DNA from: Candidatus Calditenuaceae archaeon
Lineage (GTDB): Archaea; Thermoproteota; Nitrososphaeria_A; Caldarchaeales; Calditenuaceae
DNA: 64,000 bases
Direction: 5' to 3'
Assembly (NCBI GenBank): GCA_025058225.1
Contig: JANXEE010000017.1
Location: 2,084-66,083, forward strand
Shown: piece after piece, positions 36,347 through 46,497 of the stretch
Position numbering within the stretch: position 1 is the stretch's first letter
Layout: the number at the start of each line of letters is the position of its first letter
The notes under the pieces: generated by a model
What the model was told of the DNA's origin: nothing
The model's database searches: none
The model's input: the letters and a program-made list of their open reading frames with translations, nothing else
Made by a program: the position numbers and the translations under genes

Positions 36347-39175
36347 ATGCTGGTCGACCCGATCGAGCTGCTCGCTAAACCGGTGAGGGACGCGATCCTG
36401 GAGAGATTCGGTTCCCTCGTTGAGACTCAGAGGGCAGCGATACCCCACGTCGTCAGGGGTGAGAACGTCCTGCTGATGGCCCCGACCGGTTCAGGGAAGA
36501 CAGAGGCTGTCATCCTTCCGATCCTCAGCGAGCTGGTCGTGAACAGGGAACTGCGACCGATCGCGGCGCTCTACATCACACCCCTAAGGGCCCTCAACAG
36601 GGACCTGCTCGACAGGGTCACCTGGTGGTCCCAGCGGCTCGATCTTGCGGTGGCCGTCAGACACGGAGACACCTCCCCCTCCGAGCGTAGAGCTCACACC
36701 CTCAAGCCTCCCCTGATGCTCATCACCACCCCGGAGACGCTTCAGTCCCTGCTAACGGGGAAGGTGCTTCGCAGGTACCTCAGCAACCTGAGGTGGGTCA
36801 TCGTCGATGAGGTGCACGAACTCGCCACCGACAAGAGGGGGGCCCAGCTGTCGATCGCGCTGGAAAGGTTGAGGCTTCTCGCTGGGAGGGACCTTCAGGT
36901 CATCGGACTTTCGGCGACCGTCGGGAGCGCGGAGGTCGTCGCGAGCTTCCTCGTGGGTGTAGGGAGGGGTTGCAGGGTCGTGAAGGTTCCGATGCCCAAG
37001 GAGACTGAGGTCACGATACTCTACCCCGTTCCCTCCGGGGAGGACCGTGAGGTCGCGGAGTATCTCGGGATCGCACCGGACGTCGCGGCCCGGCTCAACG
37101 TCATCAAGTCGCTGGTTGAGTCTCACAGGTCCACCCTCGTCTTCACGAACACGAGGCCCCTCGCTGAGGTCCTCGCGAACAGGTTCAAGGCCCTCGACGA
37201 GGCCTTCCCCGTGACGATTCACCACGGATCGCTGGCAAGGGATAGGCGCGTCGAGGCTGAGCGGGACCTCAAGTACGGTGACCTCAGAGGGCTAATCTGC
37301 ACTTCCAGCCTTGAGATGGGGATAGACATCGGCAAGGTGGACCTCATCGTGCAGTACAACTCACCGAGGGAGGTCACCAGGCTCGTTCAGAGGGTGGGAA
37401 GGAGCGGTCACGGTATCGGCATGCAGTCCAAGGGGGTGGTGATCGTGATGGACTCAGACGACGCACTCGAGGCGATGGTGATCTCGAGGCGGGCTAAGGC
37501 GATGCTCCTCGAGCCGACAGAGGTTGTCAGGAACCCTCTGGACGTCGCGCTTCACCAAATCGCGGGAATCCTGATAGAACGCGGCAGCGTCGAGTTTGAT
37601 GAACTTTTGGGGATCCTCAGGAGGGCCTACAACTTCGCAGACCTCTCAAGGGAAGACTTGGAGATGGTCCTGCAGTTTGCAGCGGGGATAGGGCTGCTGA
37701 GGGTCCAAGACGGTAGGGTGCAGAAGCCCCCGAACCCGAAGAGGCTCTTCGATTACTACTTCGATAACCTCTCGATGATCCCGGAGGAGAGGCAATACCT
37801 CGTGGTCGAGGAGGAGAGCGGATCACCGGTCGGGACGCTCGACGAGAGCTTCGTGGCAGAGTACGGTGAGGTTGGGACTCGGTTCATACTCGGTGGAAGG
37901 GGATGGGTCATACTGAGCATGTCCGGTGACCGGATCTACGTGGCTCCGCTCAGGGAGGGTGAGGGCGCTATTCCCTCTTGGGTCGGTGACGAGATACCGG
38001 TTCCCTTCGAGGTCGCGCAGGAGGTCGGCAGCATCAGGAGGAGGTATGAGGAGATGAGGAGGGCCGGCATCGACCCGGACTCGGCGGCCTCTTCCCTCTC
38101 CGAGGAATACTCGGTGCCCATCGCGGACATGAGGAGGTCTCTGATGGAGGTGGAGGCTCACATCAAATTGGGCATACCCGTACCGTCAGACGAACTGGTG
38201 ATGGTCGAGGGCGCCGGTGAGTACGTGGTCGTCCACCTCTGCGGAGGTCTCAGGATCAACAGGACCGTCGGCAGACTTCTGGCGACTTTGCTGGCGGATC
38301 GCCTCGGCGCGCCGATCTCCGTCCTCTCAGACCCCTACAGGGTAGCACTCAGGTCACGGATGCTCTCGCCCGAGATGGTCTCAGGGTCACTCGGCGATCT
38401 CGTCGACGAGGAGTTGATGAGGAGGGCCCTCGAGGGGTCGGGGGTCTTCAGGAGGAGGCTTGTCCACGTCGCGAGGAAGATGGGGGTTGTGGAGAAGGGC
38501 GCAAGCCTGCTGGACGTCAGCACCAAGCAGCTCATCGAGGCTCTGAGGGGGGCAGCTCCGTACGTTGAGGCGCTGAGGTTCACGGCCTCGACAGACTTCG
38601 ACTGGGAGGGCGCGAAGAGAGAGCTGAAGAGGGTCATCGAGGGAGAGGTCCAGCTGGTGACCGTTCGTGTCGAGAGGATAAGCCCGCTGGCGGCCCTCAC
38701 GGTCAACAGGTTCCTCTACGAGTTCGAGAGTCAGGCTCCTGATCGGGTCGCGAGGGTGGTGCTGAACATGGTAAGGGGAAGGCTCATGTCGGAGAGGGTG
38801 ACACTGCTCTGCACCGATTGTTACTCGGCCCAGTGGGCCACTGATGTGGGGTCGCTGGAACCCAGGCCGGTATGCCCCGAGTGCAGGTCCCAGAGGCTCG
38901 GTGTTCTGAGGGGTTCCCCGGAGGCGGTCTCGTCTCTGGTCGCCAAGAGGGGAAGGGCCCAATCGGCAGAGGAGAGGGCCATCAGGAGAGAGGCCGAGAG
39001 GACAGCTCAGCTGGTCGAGCGTTACGGTAAGTCGGCGGTGGTGGTGCTGGTCGGCAGGGGGCTGTCGAGCAGGGACGCAGAGGAGATTCTGTCGGAGGAG
39101 AGCAGGCTCGTGCCCAAGCTCTTCGAGCTGATCATGGAGGCGGAGAAGGAGAAGCTGCTCCAGGCGTTCAGGTGA
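36347..39175 (+). CDS. lhr: Lhr-like ATP-dependent helicase
   Basis: APTGSGKT, PLRALNRD, TTPE, DEVH, SAT, HHGSL, QRVGRSGH, PSWVG motifs; C-terminal CTDC/CPEC zinc finger. Confidence 0.93.
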   Translation: MLVDPIELLAKPVRDAILERFGSLVETQRAAIPHVVRGENVLLMAPTGSGKTEAVILPILSELVVNRELRPIAALYITPLRALNRDLLDRVTWWSQRLDLAVAVRHGDTSPSERRAHTLKPPLMLITTPETLQSLLTGKVLRRYLSNLRWVIVDEVHELATDKRGAQLSIALERLRLLAGRDLQVIGLSATVGSAEVVASFLVGVGRGCRVVKVPMPKETEVTILYPVPSGEDREVAEYLGIAPDVAARLNVIKSLVESHRSTLVFTNTRPLAEVLANRFKALDEAFPVTIHHGSLARDRRVEAERDLKYGDLRGLICTSSLEMGIDIGKVDLIVQYNSPREVTRLVQRVGRSGHGIGMQSKGVVIVMDSDDALEAMVISRRAKAMLLEPTEVVRNPLDVALHQIAGILIERGSVEFDELLGILRRAYNFADLSREDLEMVLQFAAGIGLLRVQDGRVQKPPNPKRLFDYYFDNLSMIPEERQYLVVEEESGSPVGTLDESFVAEYGEVGTRFILGGRGWVILSMSGDRIYVAPLREGEGAIPSWVGDEIPVPFEVAQEVGSIRRRYEEMRRAGIDPDSAASSLSEEYSVPIADMRRSLMEVEAHIKLGIPVPSDELVMVEGAGEYVVVHLCGGLRINRTVGRLLATLLADRLGAPISVLSDPYRVALRSRMLSPEMVSGSLGDLVDEELMRRALEGSGVFRRRLVHVARKMGVVEKGASLLDVSTKQLIEALRGAAPYVEALRFTASTDFDWEGAKRELKRVIEGEVQLVTVRVERISPLAALTVNRFLYEFESQAPDRVARVVLNMVRGRLMSERVTLLCTDCYSAQWATDVGSLEPRPVCPECRSQRLGVLRGSPEAVSSLVAKRGRAQSAEERAIRREAERTAQLVERYGKSAVVVLVGRGLSSRDAEEILSEESRLVPKLFELIMEAEKEKLLQAFR

Positions 39176-39181
39176 CCGGAC

Positions 39182-39673
39182 TCAGGTAGGCGCGGCCTTG
39201 GTGTCCATCAGCAGCCTTATCATACCCTCCTCTTCCTTCTTGACGACGTAACCCGGTACCTCTACGATTTGATCGCCGATGGCCACGCAGCCGTGAACGA
39301 TGAGCTGTCGCGCGTGATGCACCGTCCTCGCGAGGCCCATCCGGTAGACGACTGTCTGGAGCCTCCGCTCGAGTACGTCCCTGACGGTCAGCTTGAGGAC
39401 GTCGTCCGCGGTCGCGTTCTCGGAGATCAGCCCGTACTTCGCAAGGGTCCGGATCAACTCCGTCTCCCTTCTCAGCCTATCCTCTCCGGTCAAGACGAAG
39501 AGCGACCTAGCGATCTTCCTGTACTTCCTCAGCAAAGCTTGGGCCTTCCAGAGCTCCCTCTTGTTCCTGAGCCCGTACTCTCCCAGCAACCTCAGCTCGT
39601 CCATCAGCCTGTCGGCCCTCCACGGTTGGCGGGGCGTCTCGTAGGTCTTCCTCGGCCTCTTGGGGTCTCCCAT
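39182..39673 (-). CDS. rps4: 30S ribosomal protein uS4
   Basis: MGDPKRPRKTYETP, YGLRNKRELWK, LERRLQT and ARQLIVHG motifs. Confidence 0.97.
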   Translation of the reverse strand: MGDPKRPRKTYETPRQPWRADRLMDELRLLGEYGLRNKRELWKAQALLRKYRKIARSLFVLTGEDRLRRETELIRTLAKYGLISENATADDVLKLTVRDVLERRLQTVVYRMGLARTVHHARQLIVHGCVAIGDQIVEVPGYVVKKEEEGMIRLLMDTKAAPT

Positions 39674-39774
39674 CTGTCGATCTCCCGAAAGCCCGACCAA
39701 TTAAACCTGATAACCTCGAATTGGGGCAGCTCGGGTGCGTGCTGTTCGGCCCTTCGAGGTACTTCGGTGGCGGC

Positions 39775-40191
39775 TCAGTCACCAGCCTTGATGAGTAGGG
39801 AACCTTGCCGTTCGTCCACCTCCCTGAGCACCCATCCCCTCCTGAGGAACCTCACCGCGATCACCGGCCTCGGCCGTATCTGATGGCCGCAGGATGGGCA
39901 CTTGACCACGAACATCCTCGAGAACTCCAATAGCCTCTCCACCTGCTCCCCGGGGACGATGACCTCCTCTCCGTTGGTGGACTTGACCTCGATCGCGTAG
40001 AGCTCCCCTCCGTCAACAGCCAGCACGTCTGGTTTCAGAGTGGATTTGCCCGTACCGCTTCCCGGTGTTCTGATCGCGTAGTAACCGGGCTTGCATCTGG
40101 CGATGAACGTTCTGATGAGCTGGTACTCGCCCTCGTAGCCTATCCTGTGTCTGTACTTCCTGCTGAACCTGTTACGCGGTCTCGGAGGCAC
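39775..40191 (-). CDS. hjc: Holliday junction resolvase-like PD-(D/E)xK nuclease
   Basis: G..GE..L, R.PGSG, PDVLA, IEVKS and EQVERLLEF motifs. Confidence 0.8.
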   Translation of the reverse strand: MPPRPRNRFSRKYRHRIGYEGEYQLIRTFIARCKPGYYAIRTPGSGTGKSTLKPDVLAVDGGELYAIEVKSTNGEEVIVPGEQVERLLEFSRMFVVKCPSCGHQIRPRPVIAVRFLRRGWVLREVDERQGSLLIKAGD

Positions 40192-40492
40192 GGTATCTCG
40201 GCTCTAGTCCCCTAGCTAAAACTCTGTACCCGTAATCTGGATGTGACCTTCTCCGCAGAGAGCTCTGGGTGAATACGTTACTACCGTTGCGCGTTGAACT
40301 TCATCTGGATGGGGGACGGCACTGTAAAGTGCGACGTGGTTCTGATGCTGACAGATATCTCCTACTTTTACCCGTAAAGCCCTGATTAAAAGTGAATTCG
40401 GAGTGGTACATCATATTATCCTGAATAAGCTGCAGTAAAATTGGAAACTTGTACCTATCCGTACCTGTCTTGAAGAACGGTGATCTCCTTGA

Positions 40493-41350
40493 CTAGGATG
40501 TCGAAGGGCCGCTGGTTCTTACTTTCAGCGTCGAAAGGCTAGTCTCAGCACTCTCCCCCTCAAGAGTTCCCGTCGCGGTTGCGCTAGTGCTGTCACGTCC
40601 CGCGGTGTAAGTGGTCGTGCTCTCCTGAGGTGTATTCCCGTTTGTGTGGTCGAGGCAGCTCTTCTCAGCGACCAGCGTCAACGCGCCACCGAACATCGTC
40701 ACCTTGAGTCTCGCGAGCCTAAACCGCTCCGCGATCAGGGAGCGGAGCTCACCGACGGTCGGCCACCTGACGTATGTCGGGTAGATGAACCACACCTTCA
40801 GTCCCCTCGCCCCGGATACTAGGAACCCGAGAAACGGCGCTACTGCGAACCAGTATGCCCCCATCACGAGCTTCAGGGGCGGTCTGTCAGGCTTAGCGAT
40901 GTCACATATCAGCATCTTCCCGCCAGCTCTAAGGACCCTGTGCATCTCCGATATTGCCCTCCTCAAATCGAGGGAGTCCCTGATGGCGAAGCCCGTCACT
41001 ATCAGGTCGAAGGCCCTCTCCCTGAACGGCGCCCTCTCGAAGACTCCCCTCACCAGAGAGTACCTTATGGAACCTATCGCGACTGCCCTATCGCACATAA
41101 CCCGCAGCGGTTCGAGCGCCACCACATCAGCCTCTCCGTTCTCCCTCAGGATCAATTTCGAGAACGTACCAGGCCCAGCTCCAGCGTCGAGAACTTTCCT
41201 CGCGTTCGGGGCTGAGGCTTCCCGCAGAGCCCTGACCCGAAGTCTGAAGTCGTTGCCCAGTGAGAGGAACCTGTTGACTCGGTCATATACGTCGACGATC
41301 TCGGCGAGGGCCTCCTCCACCACTCGCCACTTGGGCCCCAGCCCACCCAA
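40493..41350 (-). CDS. UbiE/MenG-family SAM-dependent methyltransferase (with S/T-rich C-terminal run-on)
   Basis: YDRVNRFLSLG, VLDAGAGPG, GFAIRD and EMHRVL motifs. Confidence 0.85.
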   Translation of the reverse strand: MGGLGPKWRVVEEALAEIVDVYDRVNRFLSLGNDFRLRVRALREASAPNARKVLDAGAGPGTFSKLILRENGEADVVALEPLRVMCDRAVAIGSIRYSLVRGVFERAPFRERAFDLIVTGFAIRDSLDLRRAISEMHRVLRAGGKMLICDIAKPDRPPLKLVMGAYWFAVAPFLGFLVSGARGLKVWFIYPTYVRWPTVGELRSLIAERFRLARLKVTMFGGALTLVAEKSCLDHTNGNTPQESTTTYTAGRDSTSATATGTLEGESAETSLSTLKVRTSGPSTS

Positions 41351-41407
41351 ATCCGCCGAGGACCTCCAGCCTCCGATCTATATTTTAGTTACGGGCACGA
41401 TCACCGG

Positions 41408-42622
41408 TTGAGCTCGCAGGGCGATGGTCCCCCGCTCGATAAGACTCGGGGGCTGAAGCTGCTTTACATGAGGTCGATCTCGTCCTCGCTGGCACTGGGA
41501 GCATCACAGCCCTTCTTGGCCGTCTACGCTGCTACGTTGGGAGCATCACCGTTGACGATCGCCGCCCTTCACGCGACCATGAACCTCTTCACCAACGCGG
41601 TTCAGACTCTCTGGGGCAGGTTATCCGATGCCTCCGGTCGAAGAGTTCCCTGGATCGTTGCGGGGAGTCTGCTGGCCGCGATAACGTGGGTCCCAGCCCT
41701 TCTCACGAGGTCACCCGATCAGTTCGTCCTCATTATGGCGCTGAGGTTCGTGGCGCTGTCGATGACCACACCTACTTCTACCGCCCTGCTCGCGGACGTC
41801 TCAGACCCTGAGGAGAGGCAGGCTTTAGTCTCAAGGACTCAGATGTGGGGCACCGTCGGCGCGGCCTCGGCGACGATCGCGGTCGGCCTCTCACAGCTGA
41901 TGGGGTTCGAGGGCTTCGCGGTGGGGTTCGTGATCGCGATGGTCTCCGAGGCCGTTTCGGGGTTCGTGATGATTCCCTTCAAGGAGACCGCCAGACCTCA
42001 GAAGAAGCTCGAGCCTCTACCCTCCTTCTCCGGTAATGATCCCTACGTCTCATACCTGACCATCAACACGATTTACATATTCTTCATGTCCATCTCTTGG
42101 CCACTTTTCACCATAACCATCGCGACCGTTGCAAGGCTGGACGTGCTCACGATAGCCGTTATGAACGTCCTCAGCGACGCGTCTTCGCTGGTGGCACTCT
42201 TCCTCCTTCAAAGAACGAACCTCGACTTCTCGAGGACGGTCGCTGCCATGGCCGCTACCAGGGTCTCCTTCGCGGTGGTGCCTCTCGTCTACGGATTACT
42301 TCCTAGTCCCCCCTACCTGATCGGGATAAATTTGCTCACGGGTGCGATGATCTCCCTCAACAACGCCCTCTCAACCCTTTACCTGCTCGCGGTGGTGCGT
42401 CCAGAGAACAGGGCAACTCTCACGGCGTTGGCGAACCTCGCACAGGGCCTCGGCAGCTTCTTGGGGTCCATGATAGGCGGGATACTGGTGGAGACCTTTC
42501 AGCCGACGCTGGGTTTCAGCGGCGCCCTCATAACAGTTTACCTATTATCCTCGGTGGGCAGGGCAGGATTCGGGTTGCTCCACCTGAGGCTCAAGAGGGG
42601 TGGCTCGAGTGAAACCGGCTGA
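41408..42622 (+). CDS. MFS transporter
   Basis: WGRLSDASGRR motif A; about 12 TM segments. Confidence 0.9.
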   Translation: MSSQGDGPPLDKTRGLKLLYMRSISSSLALGASQPFLAVYAATLGASPLTIAALHATMNLFTNAVQTLWGRLSDASGRRVPWIVAGSLLAAITWVPALLTRSPDQFVLIMALRFVALSMTTPTSTALLADVSDPEERQALVSRTQMWGTVGAASATIAVGLSQLMGFEGFAVGFVIAMVSEAVSGFVMIPFKETARPQKKLEPLPSFSGNDPYVSYLTINTIYIFFMSISWPLFTITIATVARLDVLTIAVMNVLSDASSLVALFLLQRTNLDFSRTVAAMAATRVSFAVVPLVYGLLPSPPYLIGINLLTGAMISLNNALSTLYLLAVVRPENRATLTALANLAQGLGSFLGSMIGGILVETFQPTLGFSGALITVYLLSSVGRAGFGLLHLRLKRGGSSETG

Positions 42623-43079
42623 GTATCTGTTGGTGGCGGTCTCGCCCTCGGAGCAGTCCCGCAGGGCCGGACGTTTAGCCGTGAAGCTGGCGAAGTCTCT
42701 AGGGGTGGAGTTGAGGGTGGTTGCCGTGATGCCTGCCCAAGTCGTCGGGTCACCACTCGATCAGCTGGTGAAATCCTCCGCGGTCGAGGCCGGAATCCAG
42801 TCGGCCGTCACGGTACCCGATTCGGTGCTGAGGCGCGACCTCGTGACGCTCAACGATCTCGTGATGGAGCTGCTCGATGAATGCGTGTCTTCAGGCGTCA
42901 AGGCGACCTATCTACCCCTCAGCTCGACCGGCGACGTCGTCTCCAGGATACTCCTCGAGGTGAAGGAAGGGTGCTGGGCGGTGGTGTTGGGAGCTGGCGA
43001 AAAGAGGCCCGGCAGGCTCGGGCACGTCGCCGAGGGTGTCGCTAGGAGGTCATCGGTGCCGGTGGTGTTGGTGCCTTGA
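42600..43079 (+). CDS. Universal stress protein
   Basis: LLVAVSPSEQS N-terminus; VVLG...LGHVAEGVARRSSVPVVLVP C-terminus. Confidence 0.85.
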   Translation: MARVKPAEYLLVAVSPSEQSRRAGRLAVKLAKSLGVELRVVAVMPAQVVGSPLDQLVKSSAVEAGIQSAVTVPDSVLRRDLVTLNDLVMELLDECVSSGVKATYLPLSSTGDVVSRILLEVKEGCWAVVLGAGEKRPGRLGHVAEGVARRSSVPVVLVP

Positions 43080-44191
43080 GACACGAGGCTCCTCCCGGAT
43101 CGGTCTCATCGTCGGGTAAGCGCGTGCACGGTAAGGCATCGTTAGTCAGGACCAGGAGGGTGAAGGTTGATCCCGAAAACCCGGCCGAAGAGGTCATCAA
43201 GGATGCAGCTCACGTCATCGGTTCAGGGGGGCTGGTCGCCTTCCCGACGGAGACGGTTTACGGACTGGGCGCAGATGCGCTCAACCCCGATGCCGTGATG
43301 CGGGTTTTCAGGGTGAAGGGAAGGCCTCCCGACAACCCACTGATAGTTCACGTCGCCGACCCGGATAGCGTCTACCTGCTCGCGTCTGAGGTGCCGAGGG
43401 TTGCCGATCTCCTCATCGAGCGATTCTGGCCTGGGCCGCTGACTCTGGTGTTGAAGAGGACCGAGATGGTTCCTCCCGTCACCTCTGCAGGCCTCGACAC
43501 AGTCGCTGTGAGGATGCCGGCTCATGCTGTTCCGTTGGCTCTCATCAGGACGGCGGGGACACCGATCGCCGCACCGAGCGCCAACAGGTCAGGCTCTCCA
43601 AGCCCGACCACTGCAGACCATGTGATGAGGGACCTCGAGGGAGAGATCGAGCTGGTCCTGGACGGTGGCCCCACAGAGATCGGCGTCGAGTCGACGGTCC
43701 TCGACGTCACGGTCGAGCCTCCTGAGGTGCTTAGGCCCGGAGGGTTACCTGTTGAGGAGATTGAACGGGTAATAGGTAGCGTAAGGGTCCCCGATTGGGC
43801 GAGGGGTCTGGAGCGGTACGCTTCGAGGCCGAGGGCTCCGGGGATGAAGTACAGACATTACGCTCCCAAGGCCAGGTTGGTACTCGTTGAGGGGAGGCCG
43901 CAGGACGTCCGTTACAGGGTTCAGGAGCTGGTTAACGAGTTCACGAGTAAAGGCATCAGGGTCGGGGTGCTGACCACAGATGGTAAGCGCTACGAGAACG
44001 CAACGACGGTAGACCTGGGGCCCTCGTGGGACCTGAGGGCGGTAGCGAGATCGCTGTTCAGCTCGATAAGGGCGCTCGACGAGTCTGGTGTCGACGTCGT
44101 CGTCGCAGAGGGTGTGGAGGAGAGAGGTATGGGACTCGCGATAATGAACAGGCTCAGGAAGGCCAGTGGAGGCGAGATAGTCTACGTCTGA
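43076..44191 (+). CDS. sua5: Threonylcarbamoyl-AMP synthase Sua5 (start may be downstream)
   Basis: FPTETVYGLG, KGRPPDNPLIVH, AAPSAN, PGMKYRHYAP and AIMNRLRKA motifs. Confidence 0.96.
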   Translation: MRHEAPPGSVSSSGKRVHGKASLVRTRRVKVDPENPAEEVIKDAAHVIGSGGLVAFPTETVYGLGADALNPDAVMRVFRVKGRPPDNPLIVHVADPDSVYLLASEVPRVADLLIERFWPGPLTLVLKRTEMVPPVTSAGLDTVAVRMPAHAVPLALIRTAGTPIAAPSANRSGSPSPTTADHVMRDLEGEIELVLDGGPTEIGVESTVLDVTVEPPEVLRPGGLPVEEIERVIGSVRVPDWARGLERYASRPRAPGMKYRHYAPKARLVLVEGRPQDVRYRVQELVNEFTSKGIRVGVLTTDGKRYENATTVDLGPSWDLRAVARSLFSSIRALDESGVDVVVAEGVEERGMGLAIMNRLRKASGGEIVYV

Positions 44192-44192
44192 C

Positions 44193-44498
44193 TCAACCTT
44201 TCTTCTGTTTTTCTAGAAACCCCTCGCGGATCAGGATGAACTTGGGCTCTACGCGCATCAGGTCGTGTTCGTTGTCGTAGACCCTCGCGATCACCCTCGA
44301 TGTCGCCCTTCCGGCTGGAGACCAGACCTTCACCACTACGAGTCTCTCAGACTTGGCGTTGAGCACCGTCGCGAGTAGCTCCCTGAGCTGTGACCTGCTA
44401 GGCGTGCCTCCTCTGTTGTTGATCTCAACCAAGTACTCGGTTCTCTTCAGCAGCTCGTTTCTGTTGGTCGCGACTATCCTGTATTCAGCGAAGGTCAT
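44193..44498 (-). CDS. rps24e: 30S ribosomal protein eS24
   Basis: NELLKR, GTPSR, ARVYD and EPKFILIR motifs. Confidence 0.9.
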   Translation of the reverse strand: MTFAEYRIVATNRNELLKRTEYLVEINNRGGTPSRSQLRELLATVLNAKSERLVVVKVWSPAGRATSRVIARVYDNEHDLMRVEPKFILIREGFLEKQKKG

Positions 44499-44502
44499 GC
44501 GG

Positions 44503-44904
44503 TCACTTCACCACGAGAGCGTTGATCTGGACTATCGCGTCGCCTATCGTGTTCCCCCTGACCGAGACCCTCTTCCTCAAGCCCCTGACCGCCCGACGGT
44601 TCCTCGGCTTCTTCCTCTTGGAAGGTGGTTTCCTTCGGGCCCTGAAGCCAACGCCCCTAGTGAGCAAGACGCTCGCGAGCCTGGTTCCGCTAACGTCTGA
44701 CCTCATCGGAAAGCCTGCGAGGTCGCTTCCGCCTGTTATCTTGATCCTCACGTCGCCCAGCCCCAACGGACCGCCCTCGATGACGTCGCCGATCTTCTTC
44801 CCCCTGAAGGCGAGGAACTGCTGCTGCGTCAGCTGTATCGTCTTAGAGGTGCCCGTAGACGGGTCTGAGAGGACGAGCCTCGGTGCGCTCACCTTCTGGG
44901 ACAT
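44503..44904 (-). CDS. rps6e: 30S ribosomal protein eS6
   Basis: SDPSTG, KITGGSDLAGFPMR and VRGNTI...VQIN motifs. Confidence 0.95.
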   Translation of the reverse strand: MSQKVSAPRLVLSDPSTGTSKTIQLTQQQFLAFRGKKIGDVIEGGPLGLGDVRIKITGGSDLAGFPMRSDVSGTRLASVLLTRGVGFRARRKPPSKRKKPRNRRAVRGLRKRVSVRGNTIGDAIVQINALVVK

Positions 44905-44927
44905 TCCCTGACCTCTACCCCGACTCC

Positions 44928-45392
44928 CTATTTGAACTGCTCGCTGGAGGAGACGTTCCTCTGGGCCCTGTTGAGGACCTCGGTGGTGCTGAGGTTCGGG
45001 GTGAGAGGAGCCCGTGGCGCCCTCCTGATCTCCACCCTGAGTCCTCTTGCCTCGCAGAACCTCCTGAATTCCTGCTCGATCGCAAATTGGTCATACCCGA
45101 AGAGGACGACGTCGGGCCTGACGCGCCTCATCACCTTCTCGAAGCTGATCGGCCTGTATCCCATGATCACCCTGTCGACGTATTTGATGCTTGAGAGGAC
45201 TAGGAGGCGCTCCCGCTCGTTCATCACCGGCTCCCTTCTCTTCCTGTTTCTGATGGTCTCATCCGATGCCAGCACGACCACCACCTTTCCCCTCTTACCG
45301 GCAAGCCGTCTTGCGTATTGGAGCAGGTAGACGTGCCCCGGGTGAACGATCTCGAACGCGCCCGTCGTCAGGACGGTCTTCTGTCTCACCAC
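44928..45392 (-). CDS. ribL: FAD synthase (cytidylyltransferase family)
   Basis: GAFEIVHPGH, KYVD, PDVVLFGYDQ and STT motifs; follows the DUF357 fusion gene. Confidence 0.85.
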   Translation of the reverse strand: MVRQKTVLTTGAFEIVHPGHVYLLQYARRLAGKRGKVVVVLASDETIRNRKRREPVMNERERLLVLSSIKYVDRVIMGYRPISFEKVMRRVRPDVVLFGYDQFAIEQEFRRFCEARGLRVEIRRAPRAPLTPNLSTTEVLNRAQRNVSSSEQFK

Positions 45393-46408
45393 TCGAACCT
45401 CACCGCCCCGAGCAGCCTAAGAGCGTCCAAAATACCTTCGGCGTAGGAGACCGCCACCAGCGCGTCCTCCTCCCTCCCCGAGTTGAGGAAGTGCTCCGCG
45501 TCAGAGAGGTAGTCAGATACCGTCTCGATAGCGCGCCTGACCGACGTCGATTCCACGCCGACCTCGAGCTTCATGACAACCGACTTGGCCTTCGCTAGAT
45601 ACTTCGCGGCCCTCACGTGAGTAGGGCTCTTGACGCTCGCCGGCTTCACTTCTGACCTCAAGACCTCTCTGAAGAACTCCCTCTCCCCCGGTCCGAGCTC
45701 AGCAGGTAAAATCAGGACGTGTGGTGGCGGCGGTAGGTCGAGGTGCTTGAGGGCGCCCAGCCTGACGACGCCAACTTTCTCCTCCTTCATTCCGATCCTA
45801 GCACCGTAGACCACCGGTGCGTCCTTGAGGGCCCCGTCGGCATCAGAGCGATCAGCACTTTCCAGCAGCATCTCTGCAGCCTCCTGCGCCGTCAAACCGC
45901 CTCCTGCTGTGTCAAGCAGGACCATCGTGTGCAATCCGAGCGTCGCGTTCGTCATCACTACCTTCCAGATGCCCCTCAGAACTTCCACCTCAGCACCCCG
46001 GGGCAGAGTAACGGTCCGGCCGAACTTGTAGGGCGATAGTCCGGACCTCGAGATCGCAGCGCTGAGTATCGAGACCCCGTGGACCACCCTCCATGGAATA
46101 CCGGACCTACACGCCTCCACGATCAGCGAGGAGTGCGTCGTGGCCACCAGAGGATCACCGGGCACCACCACTGCAACGTCCTCATCGGCAGCCCTGTTGA
46201 TCAGCTCCCTCGATCGCTCCTCGAGCGTCGCCCTCTCGGCCATCACGAGCCTGTCGCCGACTCCGTCTCTGATCGCGTTCAGCAGATCATCGTCTATGAA
46301 GCTGGTGTACGTGTCGAGGTAGACGGTGCTGGATCTGCTCATCGCCCTCCAGGCCTCATCCGTCACGTAGCCCCTAGAGCCCAGTCCTAGCCCGATCAGC
46401 CACAACAA
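45386..46408 (-). CDS. dph5: Diphthine synthase fused to C-terminal DUF357
   Basis: LIGLGL, YTS, GDPLVATTH, YKFGRTVT and HTMVLLD motifs; C-terminal YLSDAEHF...YAEGILDALRLLG. Confidence 0.93.
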   Translation of the reverse strand: MLWLIGLGLGSRGYVTDEAWRAMSRSSTVYLDTYTSFIDDDLLNAIRDGVGDRLVMAERATLEERSRELINRAADEDVAVVVPGDPLVATTHSSLIVEACRSGIPWRVVHGVSILSAAISRSGLSPYKFGRTVTLPRGAEVEVLRGIWKVVMTNATLGLHTMVLLDTAGGGLTAQEAAEMLLESADRSDADGALKDAPVVYGARIGMKEEKVGVVRLGALKHLDLPPPPHVLILPAELGPGEREFFREVLRSEVKPASVKSPTHVRAAKYLAKAKSVVMKLEVGVESTSVRRAIETVSDYLSDAEHFLNSGREEDALVAVSYAEGILDALRLLGAVRFEW

Positions 46409-46497
46409 CCTGCACTCACCCCCGATTCCACATCCCTCTCATGTCGTCCTGACAGCTCGGGAAGGGAATAATTATGGGCTAGGTGCTTTTGAGGTGA

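Noticed and set aside
45386..46408. Dph5-DUF357 fusion as a novelty
   Set aside because: To my knowledge this fusion is already seen in related archaea; it is useful as a taxonomic hint only
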